Of a stretch of DNA of 32,000 bases, positions 24,691 to 32,000 are shown in pieces. Position 1 is the stretch's first letter; each line of letters begins with the position of its first letter. A program made the position numbers and the translations under genes. Below the pieces are notes generated by a model, which saw only the letters and a list, made by a program, of their open reading frames with translations, made no database searches and had not been told where the DNA came from. The stretch spans positions 2,280,001 to 2,312,000 of the forward strand of contig NZ_LN885086.1 of assembly GCF_001458695.1 (NCBI RefSeq), in the 5' to 3' direction. The DNA comes from Candidatus Nitrospira inopinata (lineage in GTDB: Bacteria > Nitrospirota > Nitrospiria > Nitrospirales > Nitrospiraceae).

Positions 24691-26669
24691 TTCACCTTGG
24701 TGCCGGGGGCGACCGGTTCGAGCACGGTGACCAGCCCCTGGACATCCGTGTCGCCGGCGGCGAGGACCATGCCCTGCGACTCGATCCCCATCAATTTGGC
24801 CGGTTTTAAGTTGGCCACGATGACGATGGTCTTGCCGACCAGGTCCGACGGGTCATATTTCTTCCCGATGCCGGCCACGATCTGGCGCCGCTCGTGGCCC
24901 AGATCAACTTGGAGTTTGACGAGCTTCTCCGATTTCGGCACCCGCTCGGCGCTCAATACGGTCGCCGTCTTGAGTTGAATCTTCGAGAATTCGTCGATCG
25001 TGATCTGAGGGGGAGCGGCGGGCGCCGGTGGTGTCGGCGTAGTCGTCGTTGATGGCAGGGGTGTCGCCGGCTGGGGCGTTGCAGAACCGTCGCTCACTGG
25101 TTTGTCTCCTTGTAAGGTTGTCATTTCGATGCGGGGGAACAGTAGTCCGGCTTTCTGGATCTTGGTGCCGGGAAGCAATGACGGATCTTTCCACGCGGAT
25201 GAACCCTGGCGCGGTTGGGGGTCCATACCCAGTTGCCGTGCCATGTTGACGATCGTCGATGGGATAAACGGGTACAGCGGCCTGATCAGCAAGCCCAGGG
25301 TATGGGCGAGATGATAGAGGCAATTGTTCAAGTACGGTCGTTGTTCCGGCTTTTTGGCCAGGGCCCAGGGGGCTGTTTTGTCAATGTACTGGTCACAGAG
25401 TTGGAGGATCTCTCCGATCGATTCCAAGGCGCGGCTGAACCGAAGCTGTTCGACGTGCTTGTCGGCGTCGGCCAGTAACTCCCCCGTTCGTTGCATCAGA
25501 TTGTGTTCGAGGGGAGTATCAACCGCAGGATCGTGAGACGGGACGATCCCTCCGGCGAACCGGTCGATCATCGTGAGGCTGCGGCTTAAGAGATTGCCCA
25601 GGCCGCCGGCCAGTTCGCTGTTGATGCGGGTCACCATGCCGGCATGGGAGAAGTCTCCGTCCTGGCCGAACGGCACTTCCCGCAGCAGGAAATATCGAAA
25701 GGCGTCGACGCCGAATTGGTCCACCATTTTGTTGGGATCGACCACGTTGCCGCGGCTCTTGGACATTTTTTCGCCGTCCACCGTCCACCAACCGTGGGCG
25801 AAGATGGTTTGCGGCAAGGGCAAGTCCAGGGCCATCAACATCGTGGACCAGTACACGGCGTGAGTCGTCAGAATGTCTTTCCCGACCAAGTGGATATTGG
25901 CCGGCCAGAAGCATCGGCCTGCCGGATTGCCCGGAGGAAGGTACTCCAACGCGGACACATAGTTCACCAGCGCGTCGAACCAGACATAGGTGACGTAGTC
26001 TTTATCGAAGGGCAACTCGATCCCCCAAGACAGCCGAGCCTTGGGCCGGGAAATCGACAGGTCGCCCAGCGTTTGAGTCGTCAGAAACCCCAACACCTCG
26101 TTGCGCCGCGATTCGGGACGAATAAACTCCGGGTGTTCCTGAATGTGCCGCAACAGTTGTGCTTGATATTGCCCCATCTTGAAGAAGTAATTGTGTTCGC
26201 TCAGCCGTTCGACCGGACGGCGACAATCGGGGCAGAGCCCGTCGGCCAGGTCCTTTTCGGTCCAGAACCGTTCGTCAAAAGTGCAGTACCAGCCGGAATA
26301 GTCGGATTTGTAAATCAAGTGCTTGTCGAAAAGCTGTTGCAAACATCGCTGGACGACTTGCTTGTGCCGCCGATCGGTCGTGCGGATGAAGGCGTCGTTG
26401 GAAATGTTCAACCGTTGCCAGAGGTGTTGAAACTGCGGCGCAAGGGCGTCGCAATGGGCCTGAGGGTCGATGCCGGCCTTGGCGGCGGCCTGTTGGACCT
26501 TTTGCCCATGTTCGTCCAGACCGGTCAGGAACAAGACGTCCCGGCCTTTGAGCCGCCAGTAGCGGGCGAGCACGTCGGCCGCGATGGTGGTATAGGCATG
26601 GCCGATGTGGGGGACGTCGTTGACGTAGTAGATCGGCGTGGTGACGTAGAACGTGTTCGGCTCGCTCAT
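24687..26669 (-). CDS. metG: Methionine--tRNA ligase with a C-terminal tRNA-binding (EMAP/Trbp111-like) domain
   Basis: The HIGH motif (PHIGHAYT), KMSKS, a Cys knuckle (CPDCRRPV) and the C-terminal tRNA-binding domain (KLVKLQVDLGHERRQIVAGI) are present. Confidence 0.97.
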   Translation of the reverse strand: MSEPNTFYVTTPIYYVNDVPHIGHAYTTIAADVLARYWRLKGRDVLFLTGLDEHGQKVQQAAAKAGIDPQAHCDALAPQFQHLWQRLNISNDAFIRTTDRRHKQVVQRCLQQLFDKHLIYKSDYSGWYCTFDERFWTEKDLADGLCPDCRRPVERLSEHNYFFKMGQYQAQLLRHIQEHPEFIRPESRRNEVLGFLTTQTLGDLSISRPKARLSWGIELPFDKDYVTYVWFDALVNYVSALEYLPPGNPAGRCFWPANIHLVGKDILTTHAVYWSTMLMALDLPLPQTIFAHGWWTVDGEKMSKSRGNVVDPNKMVDQFGVDAFRYFLLREVPFGQDGDFSHAGMVTRINSELAGGLGNLLSRSLTMIDRFAGGIVPSHDPAVDTPLEHNLMQRTGELLADADKHVEQLRFSRALESIGEILQLCDQYIDKTAPWALAKKPEQRPYLNNCLYHLAHTLGLLIRPLYPFIPSTIVNMARQLGMDPQPRQGSSAWKDPSLLPGTKIQKAGLLFPRIEMTTLQGDKPVSDGSATPQPATPLPSTTTTPTPPAPAAPPQITIDEFSKIQLKTATVLSAERVPKSEKLVKLQVDLGHERRQIVAGIGKKYDPSDLVGKTIVIVANLKPAKLMGIESQGMVLAAGDTDVQGLVTVLEPVAPGTKVK

Positions 26670-26705
26670 CGTGGGAAGGAAGATACCAGGTTGGCGCCGG
26701 GGATG

Positions 26706-27752
26706 CTAGGAGCGGGACATAGGCGAGACGGGAGCGGGCGGGCGAGAGGGGCCGAGTGCGTCGCGCAGCCGCAGAAGAACCGTTTCCAACGCCATCTGCA
26801 TGTTCGGATGGCGGGCCGCCTGCTGTTCGATCCGGTCGATCTCGGCCGAGAGTTCCAGCAACACGTCGAGGTCGGCCCGCTTTGCGTAGTGCGCGAGTTT
26901 GTCGAGGTGATCGCGATGGAGAAGGTGCTTCGGGTCTCCTCCGATGAGTACGAGAATCAAATCCCGAATCCAGCGACCGAGCCAGTTCAAGACGTCGCCG
27001 CCTCGTCCGTCCTTGGCCAATGTCTCGGCGGCCGAAAGGATGGCGGTGATCGAGCCCAGCGTTGACGGATCGACGAGCGCCAGGCACTCCCGCTGTTCGG
27101 CGCGCAGGACGTCGAGGTCTTGCGCGAGGGCTTCCCCGATGCGGCCGTCGCAGCACAGGGCGAGAAACTGAGCGTCGGCGGGAGGCAGGTGCCGTTTCAG
27201 GACCAAGGCGGCTTCAACTTGGGCGGAGGCCGGCGGTAGGAACCGTAACGACTGGCAACGCGAGCGGATCGTCGCCGGGAGCGCCATGGGCCGGCTGGAG
27301 ATGAGGATGAAGAGGCCGTACGACGGCGGCTCCTCCAGTGTTTTGAGCAGTGCGTTGGCCGCCCCGATCGTGAGACGGTCGGCGTCGTCGATGATGCAGA
27401 TTTTTTTCTCGCCGATCAGCGGTCGGTAGATCAACTGCTGTTCGATCTCCCGAATGTGCTCGATCTTGATCTGCGGGACGGCCAGTTCGCGGTCGGGTTC
27501 AATCACGGCATAATCAGGATGGGTCCGCGCGGCGATCTGGAGACATGAACGGCAGGCGCCGCAACTGTCCAGGTCCTTGATTGAATCGGGATCTTCACAG
27601 CTCAAGGCCTGCGCGAGACGGACCGCGCTCAGGAATTTGCCGATATGGGCTTCGCCGTGGAAGAGATAGGCGTGGGCCAGGCGGCCGTGCCTCAGTGCCG
27701 ACTTGATCGCCGCAATGGACCGTTCATGGCCGATGATGTCGCGAAACGGCAT
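26706..27752 (-). CDS. holB: DNA polymerase III delta-prime subunit
   Basis: Motifs present are AHAYLFHGEAHIGK, the zinc module CGACRSCLQIAARTHPDY, KICIIDDADRL and TIRSRCQ. It starts 3 nt after the tmk stop. Confidence 0.85.
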   Translation of the reverse strand: MPFRDIIGHERSIAAIKSALRHGRLAHAYLFHGEAHIGKFLSAVRLAQALSCEDPDSIKDLDSCGACRSCLQIAARTHPDYAVIEPDRELAVPQIKIEHIREIEQQLIYRPLIGEKKICIIDDADRLTIGAANALLKTLEEPPSYGLFILISSRPMALPATIRSRCQSLRFLPPASAQVEAALVLKRHLPPADAQFLALCCDGRIGEALAQDLDVLRAEQRECLALVDPSTLGSITAILSAAETLAKDGRGGDVLNWLGRWIRDLILVLIGGDPKHLLHRDHLDKLAHYAKRADLDVLLELSAEIDRIEQQAARHPNMQMALETVLLRLRDALGPSRPPAPVSPMSRS

Positions 27753-27755
27753 GGG

Positions 27756-28433
27756 TTATCTCTTCGGATCGGTCTTGAAGTGAGACCGGCGCAGTTTAGC
27801 GAGAACCAACGTTTCCATCTGAGCCGTGACCACGTCGGGGGACGGCCGTGCGTCCACCACGACAATGCGGCGCGGTTCCCGCTTCGCCAGCGCGTGAAAT
27901 CCCGCATGGACTCTGGTGTGAAACGCGCGGGTTTCACGATCGAGGCGGTTGCCCGCGGAAGAGGTCCCTCGTCGGCGCCGCAATCCCGTTGCGACCGGAA
28001 GGTCGAATAAGAGGGTCAGGTGGGGCGAGAGATGGCCCGTCGCCCAGTCGTCCATCCTCCGCAAGATTTTAAGGTCCAGCCCTCGCCCGTATCCTTGATA
28101 GGCAAACGTGGAATCCGAAAAGCGGTCACAGACGACGATAGTCCCCCGTTCAAGAGCGGGTCTGATCACGTGATCGACATGTTGGCGGCGGGCCGCCAGA
28201 ATCAACAGGGCTTCCGTTTCCGGGGCAAGGGGTTCGGCGGAGTCCGTCCGCAACAGGATATTGCGCAACTGTTCGGCGATGACCGTCCCTCCCGGTTCTC
28301 TTGTGAGCAACACGTCGTATCCTTTGGCCGTCAGGGACTGGGATAAACGGAGAGCCTGTGTGGTCTTTCCGCTTCCTTCCCCTCCTTCCAGTGTGATGAA
28401 AAGGCCTTTGGGGCGTCGTGAGACGACTTGCAA
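27756..28433 (-). CDS. tmk: Thymidylate kinase
   Basis: The P-loop (FITLEGGEGSGKTTQ), DRFSDSTFAYQG and a lid region are present. I prefer the start at TTG 28433, with GGAG 5-6 nt upstream. The ORF-track start at TTG 28460 is an alternative. Confidence 0.9.
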   Translation of the reverse strand: MQVVSRRPKGLFITLEGGEGSGKTTQALRLSQSLTAKGYDVLLTREPGGTVIAEQLRNILLRTDSAEPLAPETEALLILAARRQHVDHVIRPALERGTIVVCDRFSDSTFAYQGYGRGLDLKILRRMDDWATGHLSPHLTLLFDLPVATGLRRRRGTSSAGNRLDRETRAFHTRVHAGFHALAKREPRRIVVVDARPSPDVVTAQMETLVLAKLRRSHFKTDPKR

Positions 28434-28709
28434 ATCAGCTCCTCGGTGAGGCAACGGCAAGGGATCCTATGCCAAGGATCGATGAATAGGCAAGGTGGAA
28501 TCGAGTCGGGCGCGGTCTTGTCAGGAGGGCAGGCCGGCGGGCAAGCAACGACTTTCTGGAGCGAGACCGAGCAGGCAGTTCTTGTACGGCTCGGCGAGGA
28601 GAAAGAACGGCTAACCCGTTGAAATTCGCATGAAAGACTTGCGGCCCCTGTGAAGAACTCTGTATGATGAACTGCCGTTCTATCGAAGCGAAAGCGCAGG
28701 CTCGTCCCC

Positions 28710-29378
28710 ATGGTGAAGACCGCATTAAAACGGTATTTTTTGACCGGCCTTCTGGTCGTGATTCCCATCTGGGGAACAATCTTGATCCTCAAGACCCTCT
28801 TCGTCACGGTGGACGGCATCTTGGGCGACACGGTCGCAAGTCTCGCCCCCAGCCATTACGTGCCGGGACTGGGCATTATCATGCTCGTGATTTTGATTTT
28901 TTCCGTCGGCCTGTTCACGGCGAATTTCATGGGACGGGCGGTGGTGACGATTTGGGAAGATTGGTTGAATCGTCTGCCGTTGGTCCGAGGCATTTATTCG
29001 ACGTTGAAGTCCATGATGGACATCCTGTCGTTTTCGGATCGCGGGTCGTACCGGCGCGTGGTGCTGATCCAATTTCCAAAAAACGGCAGCTATTGCTTCG
29101 CGTTCGTGACCGGCGTGACCAAGGGGGAATCGACGACCTTGAGTCAAGAGCCGCTGATCCACGTCTACGTGCCGACGTCTCCTAATCCCACGTCCGGCTA
29201 TTTTCTCCTGGTCCCGGAACGGGAAGTCATCTCGGTGGATATCACCGTCGAAGAGGCGATGAAGCTGATCGTCTCGGGCGGGCTCTATTCTCCCTCGACT
29301 TCGTTGACGCCTCCTTCCAATGTCGATCTCAAGTGGAGTCAGGTGAAGCAGCCGGAGACCGGCGTTCCGATCGGATGA
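28710..29378 (+). CDS. DUF502-family membrane protein
   Basis: The N-terminus LKRYFLTGLLVVIPIWGTILIL and a second TM segment (GLGIIMLVILIFSVGLF), with the PTSPNPTSGYFLLVP region, match my recollection of DUF502. Confidence 0.75.
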   Translation: MVKTALKRYFLTGLLVVIPIWGTILILKTLFVTVDGILGDTVASLAPSHYVPGLGIIMLVILIFSVGLFTANFMGRAVVTIWEDWLNRLPLVRGIYSTLKSMMDILSFSDRGSYRRVVLIQFPKNGSYCFAFVTGVTKGESTTLSQEPLIHVYVPTSPNPTSGYFLLVPEREVISVDITVEEAMKLIVSGGLYSPSTSLTPPSNVDLKWSQVKQPETGVPIG

Positions 29379-29441
29379 GTTCGATGGCCAGAAAGGAGGC
29401 CGTGTGCGGCGGAGCGGCGATGGAGTGAACGAAGGGGTGTC

Positions 29442-31004
29442 ATGAGAAAGTCGGCGAGCGGCGCGAGTCTCGAACCACATGGGCGGGGGTTGGGAGCGGT
29501 GGTGATGGCCGCCGGTTTGGGCACGCGGATGAAATCCAAGCGCGTGAAGGTGCTCCATCCGGTTGCCGGACGACCGATGGTCCTCTACGCCGTCGAGTTG
29601 GCCATGAAGCTGGCCGCGCATCGGATCGTCGTGGTCGTGGGCCATCAGGCCGAGGACGTTCGGCGGATCGTCGGCGAAGCGGTCAAAGGACGGGCGGGTG
29701 GTGACGCGGTGGTGCTTGTGGAACAAACGCGGCAATTGGGAACCGGCCACGCCGTGCTTCAAAGTCGGTCGGCGTTTGTGAATGGCGGAAAGGGGCTGTC
29801 GGAGTTTCTGATCTTAAACGGCGACACGCCCTTGTTAACGGAGCAGACCGTCCGCGAATTGTTACGGGTTCATCACGAGGAGAAGGCGACCGTCACCATG
29901 CTGACGGCGCAGGTGGACGATCCGACCGGGTACGGTCGCGTGGTCAGGCGGGAAAGTGGGGATAAGCGAACGCCCTTGTCCACGGGCGATGTGCTGAAAA
30001 TCGTCGAGGACCGGGACGCGACGCCGGCGGAACGCGCCATCAAGGAGATCAACGTCGGCACCTACGTGGTGTCCGCCGACTTCCTCTTCCCCGCGCTGGA
30101 TCAGTTGGAACCGCGCAACGCGCAGGGCGAATATTATTTGACCGATATCGTGGCGGCGGCGGTCGCCCAGCGGCGGTCGGTCGCCGCCGTGCCGCTGCAC
30201 GTTCCCGAGGAAGGCTTGGGCGTCAACACCAGACGGCAACTGGCCGAAGCGGAACGGACGATTCGGCGGCGGATCCGTGATCGTTGGCTTGAGGACGGCG
30301 TCACGATGGTGGATCCGGATTCCGTCCGGATCGACGCCGACGTCTTGATCGGGCAAGACACCGTGCTTCATCCCAATGTGATGATCGAAGGCAAGACGGA
30401 AATCGGAGAAGACTGTATCGTGCGGTCCCATGTCCGGCTGACCGATTGCCACGTCGGCAATCGGGTGGAGATTCTGGATCATTGCGTGCTGCGGGAGTCG
30501 CTGATCGAAGATGACGTGGTCATCGGGCCGTTCGCGCATCTCCGCCCCGGCGCGCTGGTGCGTCGAAAGGCCAAGGTCGGCAACTTCGTCGAGATGAAAA
30601 AAACGGAATTGGGGGAAGAGGCGAAGGCCAATCATTTGAGCTATCTCGGCGACGCCAAGATCGGCCGCGGCGTCAACATCGGGGCGGGAACGATCACCTG
30701 CAACTATGACGGGGTTCATAAATATCAAACGACGATCGGGGATCATGTGTTCATCGGAAGCGATACGCAACTGGTCGCGCCCGTGTCCGTCGGCGACGGC
30801 GCGGTGATCGCGGCCGGGACGACCGTGACGAAAGACGTTCCGCCCGATGCACTGGCGATTGCCAGGACACCGCAGGAAAATCGAGCCGGTTGGGCCATGA
30901 AACGGCGTCTCATGGTAGAGCGGAATTCCACTGCGGTTCAGGGGGCCTTGGAGGGCGGAGCGACGATCAACCCCGCGTCGCCTTCCAAGGGAAGAAGGAG
31001 GTAG
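29442..31004 (+). CDS. glmU: Bifunctional UDP-N-acetylglucosamine pyrophosphorylase / glucosamine-1-phosphate N-acetyltransferase
   Basis: The N-terminal nucleotidyltransferase motif (VVMAAGLGTRMKS, GTGHAV) is present. C-terminal left-handed beta-helix hexapeptide repeats follow (IGDHVFIGSDTQLVAPVSVGDGAVIAAGT). The exact start is uncertain. Confidence 0.95.
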   Translation: MRKSASGASLEPHGRGLGAVVMAAGLGTRMKSKRVKVLHPVAGRPMVLYAVELAMKLAAHRIVVVVGHQAEDVRRIVGEAVKGRAGGDAVVLVEQTRQLGTGHAVLQSRSAFVNGGKGLSEFLILNGDTPLLTEQTVRELLRVHHEEKATVTMLTAQVDDPTGYGRVVRRESGDKRTPLSTGDVLKIVEDRDATPAERAIKEINVGTYVVSADFLFPALDQLEPRNAQGEYYLTDIVAAAVAQRRSVAAVPLHVPEEGLGVNTRRQLAEAERTIRRRIRDRWLEDGVTMVDPDSVRIDADVLIGQDTVLHPNVMIEGKTEIGEDCIVRSHVRLTDCHVGNRVEILDHCVLRESLIEDDVVIGPFAHLRPGALVRRKAKVGNFVEMKKTELGEEAKANHLSYLGDAKIGRGVNIGAGTITCNYDGVHKYQTTIGDHVFIGSDTQLVAPVSVGDGAVIAAGTTVTKDVPPDALAIARTPQENRAGWAMKRRLMVERNSTAVQGALEGGATINPASPSKGRRR

Positions 31005-31012
31005 AGACCGTC

Positions 31013-32000
31013 ATGTGCGGCATTGTCGGGTATATCGGCGATCAGGAGGCCGTGCCGATTCTCATCGACGGTTTGGCGAAGTTGGAATATCGCGGCTACG
31101 ACTCGTCGGGAGTCGCCGTCATGGAAGGCGGGTCGATCGCCGTTCGGCGGAGCGTCGGCAAGCTGGTCAATCTGCAAAAGTCGCTCAAGGAACACGAGCT
31201 CAAGGGAACGATCGGCATCGGCCACACCCGCTGGGCCACTCACGGGAAACCCTCCGAGCAAAACGCGCATCCTCATCGGTCCAAGGGCTGCGTGCTGGTG
31301 CACAACGGGATCATCGAAAATTATCAGGAGCTGAAACGGGAGTTGGAAAGGGACGGCTACGTCTTTCAATCGGAAACGGATACGGAAGTGGTCGCCCACT
31401 TGATCGACAAGTACCTCACCAAGGGGCAGCCGCTGGCGGAGGCGGTTCGTTCGGCCGTCAAGGACGTGCGCGGCAGCTATGCGCTGGTCGTCATGTCCGA
31501 GCGGGAGCCGGAAACCCTGATCGCGGCCCGTTCCGGCTGTCCTCTGATCGTAGGCCGCACGGAGCGCGCGGCGTACGTGGCCTCCGACGTCATGGCCATG
31601 TTGGCTCACACGAGGGACGCGACCTATTTGGACGAAGGAGACGTCGCGATCATCAGCAAAAGCGACGTGCGCGTCATGGACGTCGAAGGACGGGTCGTGG
31701 CGCGCGACGTGACGCGCATCACGTGGGACGCGGCGGCGGCGGAAAAAAGCGGCTATCCCCATTTCATGCTCAAGGAAATCCACGAGCAGCCTCAAACCAT
31801 TCTGGACACGATGCGCGGGCGCTATTCCTACGAGGCCGGCGAAGCCGATTTGCCGGACATCGGTTTGACGCCTCGGGATTTCGCCGAGGTGGAACGGATC
31901 TGGATCGTGGCCTGCGGCACGTCGTGGCACGCCGGGCTCGTGGGCAAATATCTCTTGGAAGACTTGGCCCGGGTTCCCGTGCACGTCGATATCGCCAGCG
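31013..32000 (+). CDS. glmS: Glutamine--fructose-6-phosphate aminotransferase (3' end outside the window)
   Basis: I translated it by hand from the ATG at 31013: MCGIVGYIGDQEAVPILIDGLAKLEYRGYDSSGVAV...GIGHTRWATHGKPSEQNAHPH. This is the class II amidotransferase N-terminus with the catalytic Cys2. It is absent from the ORF track because no stop falls inside the window. Confidence 0.95.
   Translation, partial: MCGIVGYIGDQEAVPILIDGLAKLEYRGYDSSGVAVMEGGSIAVRRSVGKLVNLQKSLKEHELKGTIGIGHTRWATHGKPSEQNAHPHRSKGCVLVHNGIIENYQELKRELERDGYVFQSETDTEVVAHLIDKYLTKGQPLAEAVRSAVKDVRGSYALVVMSEREPETLIAARSGCPLIVGRTERAAYVASDVMAMLAHTRDATYLDEGDVAIISKSDVRVMDVEGRVVARDVTRITWDAAAAEKSGYPHFMLKEIHEQPQTILDTMRGRYSYEAGEADLPDIGLTPRDFAEVERIWIVACGTSWHAGLVGKYLLEDLARVPVHVDIAS

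Noticed and set aside
25644-27065. 473-aa ORF on the plus strand
   Set aside because: It is antisense to metG and holB, both of which carry unambiguous catalytic motifs. It is a shadow ORF.
28725-29762. 345-aa ORF on the minus strand
   Set aside because: It is antisense to the DUF502 gene and glmU. It is His/Arg-rich with no motifs.
30880-31004. C-terminal extension of about 40 residues on GlmU, plus a possible N-terminal extension
   Set aside because: It is a low-complexity tail after the hexapeptide-repeat domain. It is most simply a lineage-specific tail or start-site uncertainty, not a separate feature.
30938-31984. 348-aa ORF on the minus strand
   Set aside because: It is antisense to glmS, whose N-terminus (MCGIVGY...) is unmistakable. 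glmS is missing from the ORF track only because it runs off the window.
1-32000. Search for CRISPR arrays, tRNA/rRNA genes, IS elements, integrases, toxin-antitoxin pairs or defence-island genes
   Set aside because: I saw no regularly spaced repeats other than the 13-mer triplet and the 9-mer triplet. I saw no cloverleaf-like conserved tRNA boxes in intergenic regions and no transposase, integrase or nuclease motifs in any frame.

Overview
GC-rich bacterial chromosomal window from a diderm organism, judged from the secretin, the TonB-dependent receptor and the lipoprotein and Sec signals. I recognised no rRNA, tRNA, CRISPR array, transposase, integrase or phage genes. Layout: (i) 1-1996: a LytS-type histidine kinase (5' end outside the window) and a LytTR response regulator. 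(ii) 2127-2867 (-): a DUF1826-like gene, then about 500 nt with no credible ORF that opens with three tandem 13-mers. (iii) 3365-14933: a complete, tightly packed Tad/Flp pilus locus. Its order is flp, cpaC/rcpA secretin, cpaA/tadV peptidase, tadE-like, cpaB/rcpC, tadG-like, cpaE/tadZ, cpaF/tadA, tadB, tadC and a TPR lipoprotein (tadD-like). (iv) 15011-16069 (-): class I DAHP synthase. (v) 16259-23755: a metal-flavoured neighbourhood with a small His/Cys-rich secreted protein, a TonB-dependent receptor, a mini TonB-C protein, a PAP2 phosphatase, a COG0523 GTPase, GlpQ and a CDF exporter. (vi) 23839-28433 (-): tmk-holB-metG, extended by an uncharacterised secreted protein whose start overlaps the metG stop. 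(vii) DUF502, glmU and glmS (3' end outside the window). I did not find a convincing wholly new multi-gene system. The most unusual items are listed here. First, an Flp pilin about twice the usual length. Second, the 13-mer triplet with mutually exclusive hairpins beside the LytTR regulator. Third, glycine-rich inserts in the secretin. Fourth, the His/Cys-rich proteins flanking the receptor. Fifth, the orphan secreted ORF coupled to metG. All family assignments come from motif recognition by eye, and no searches were run.
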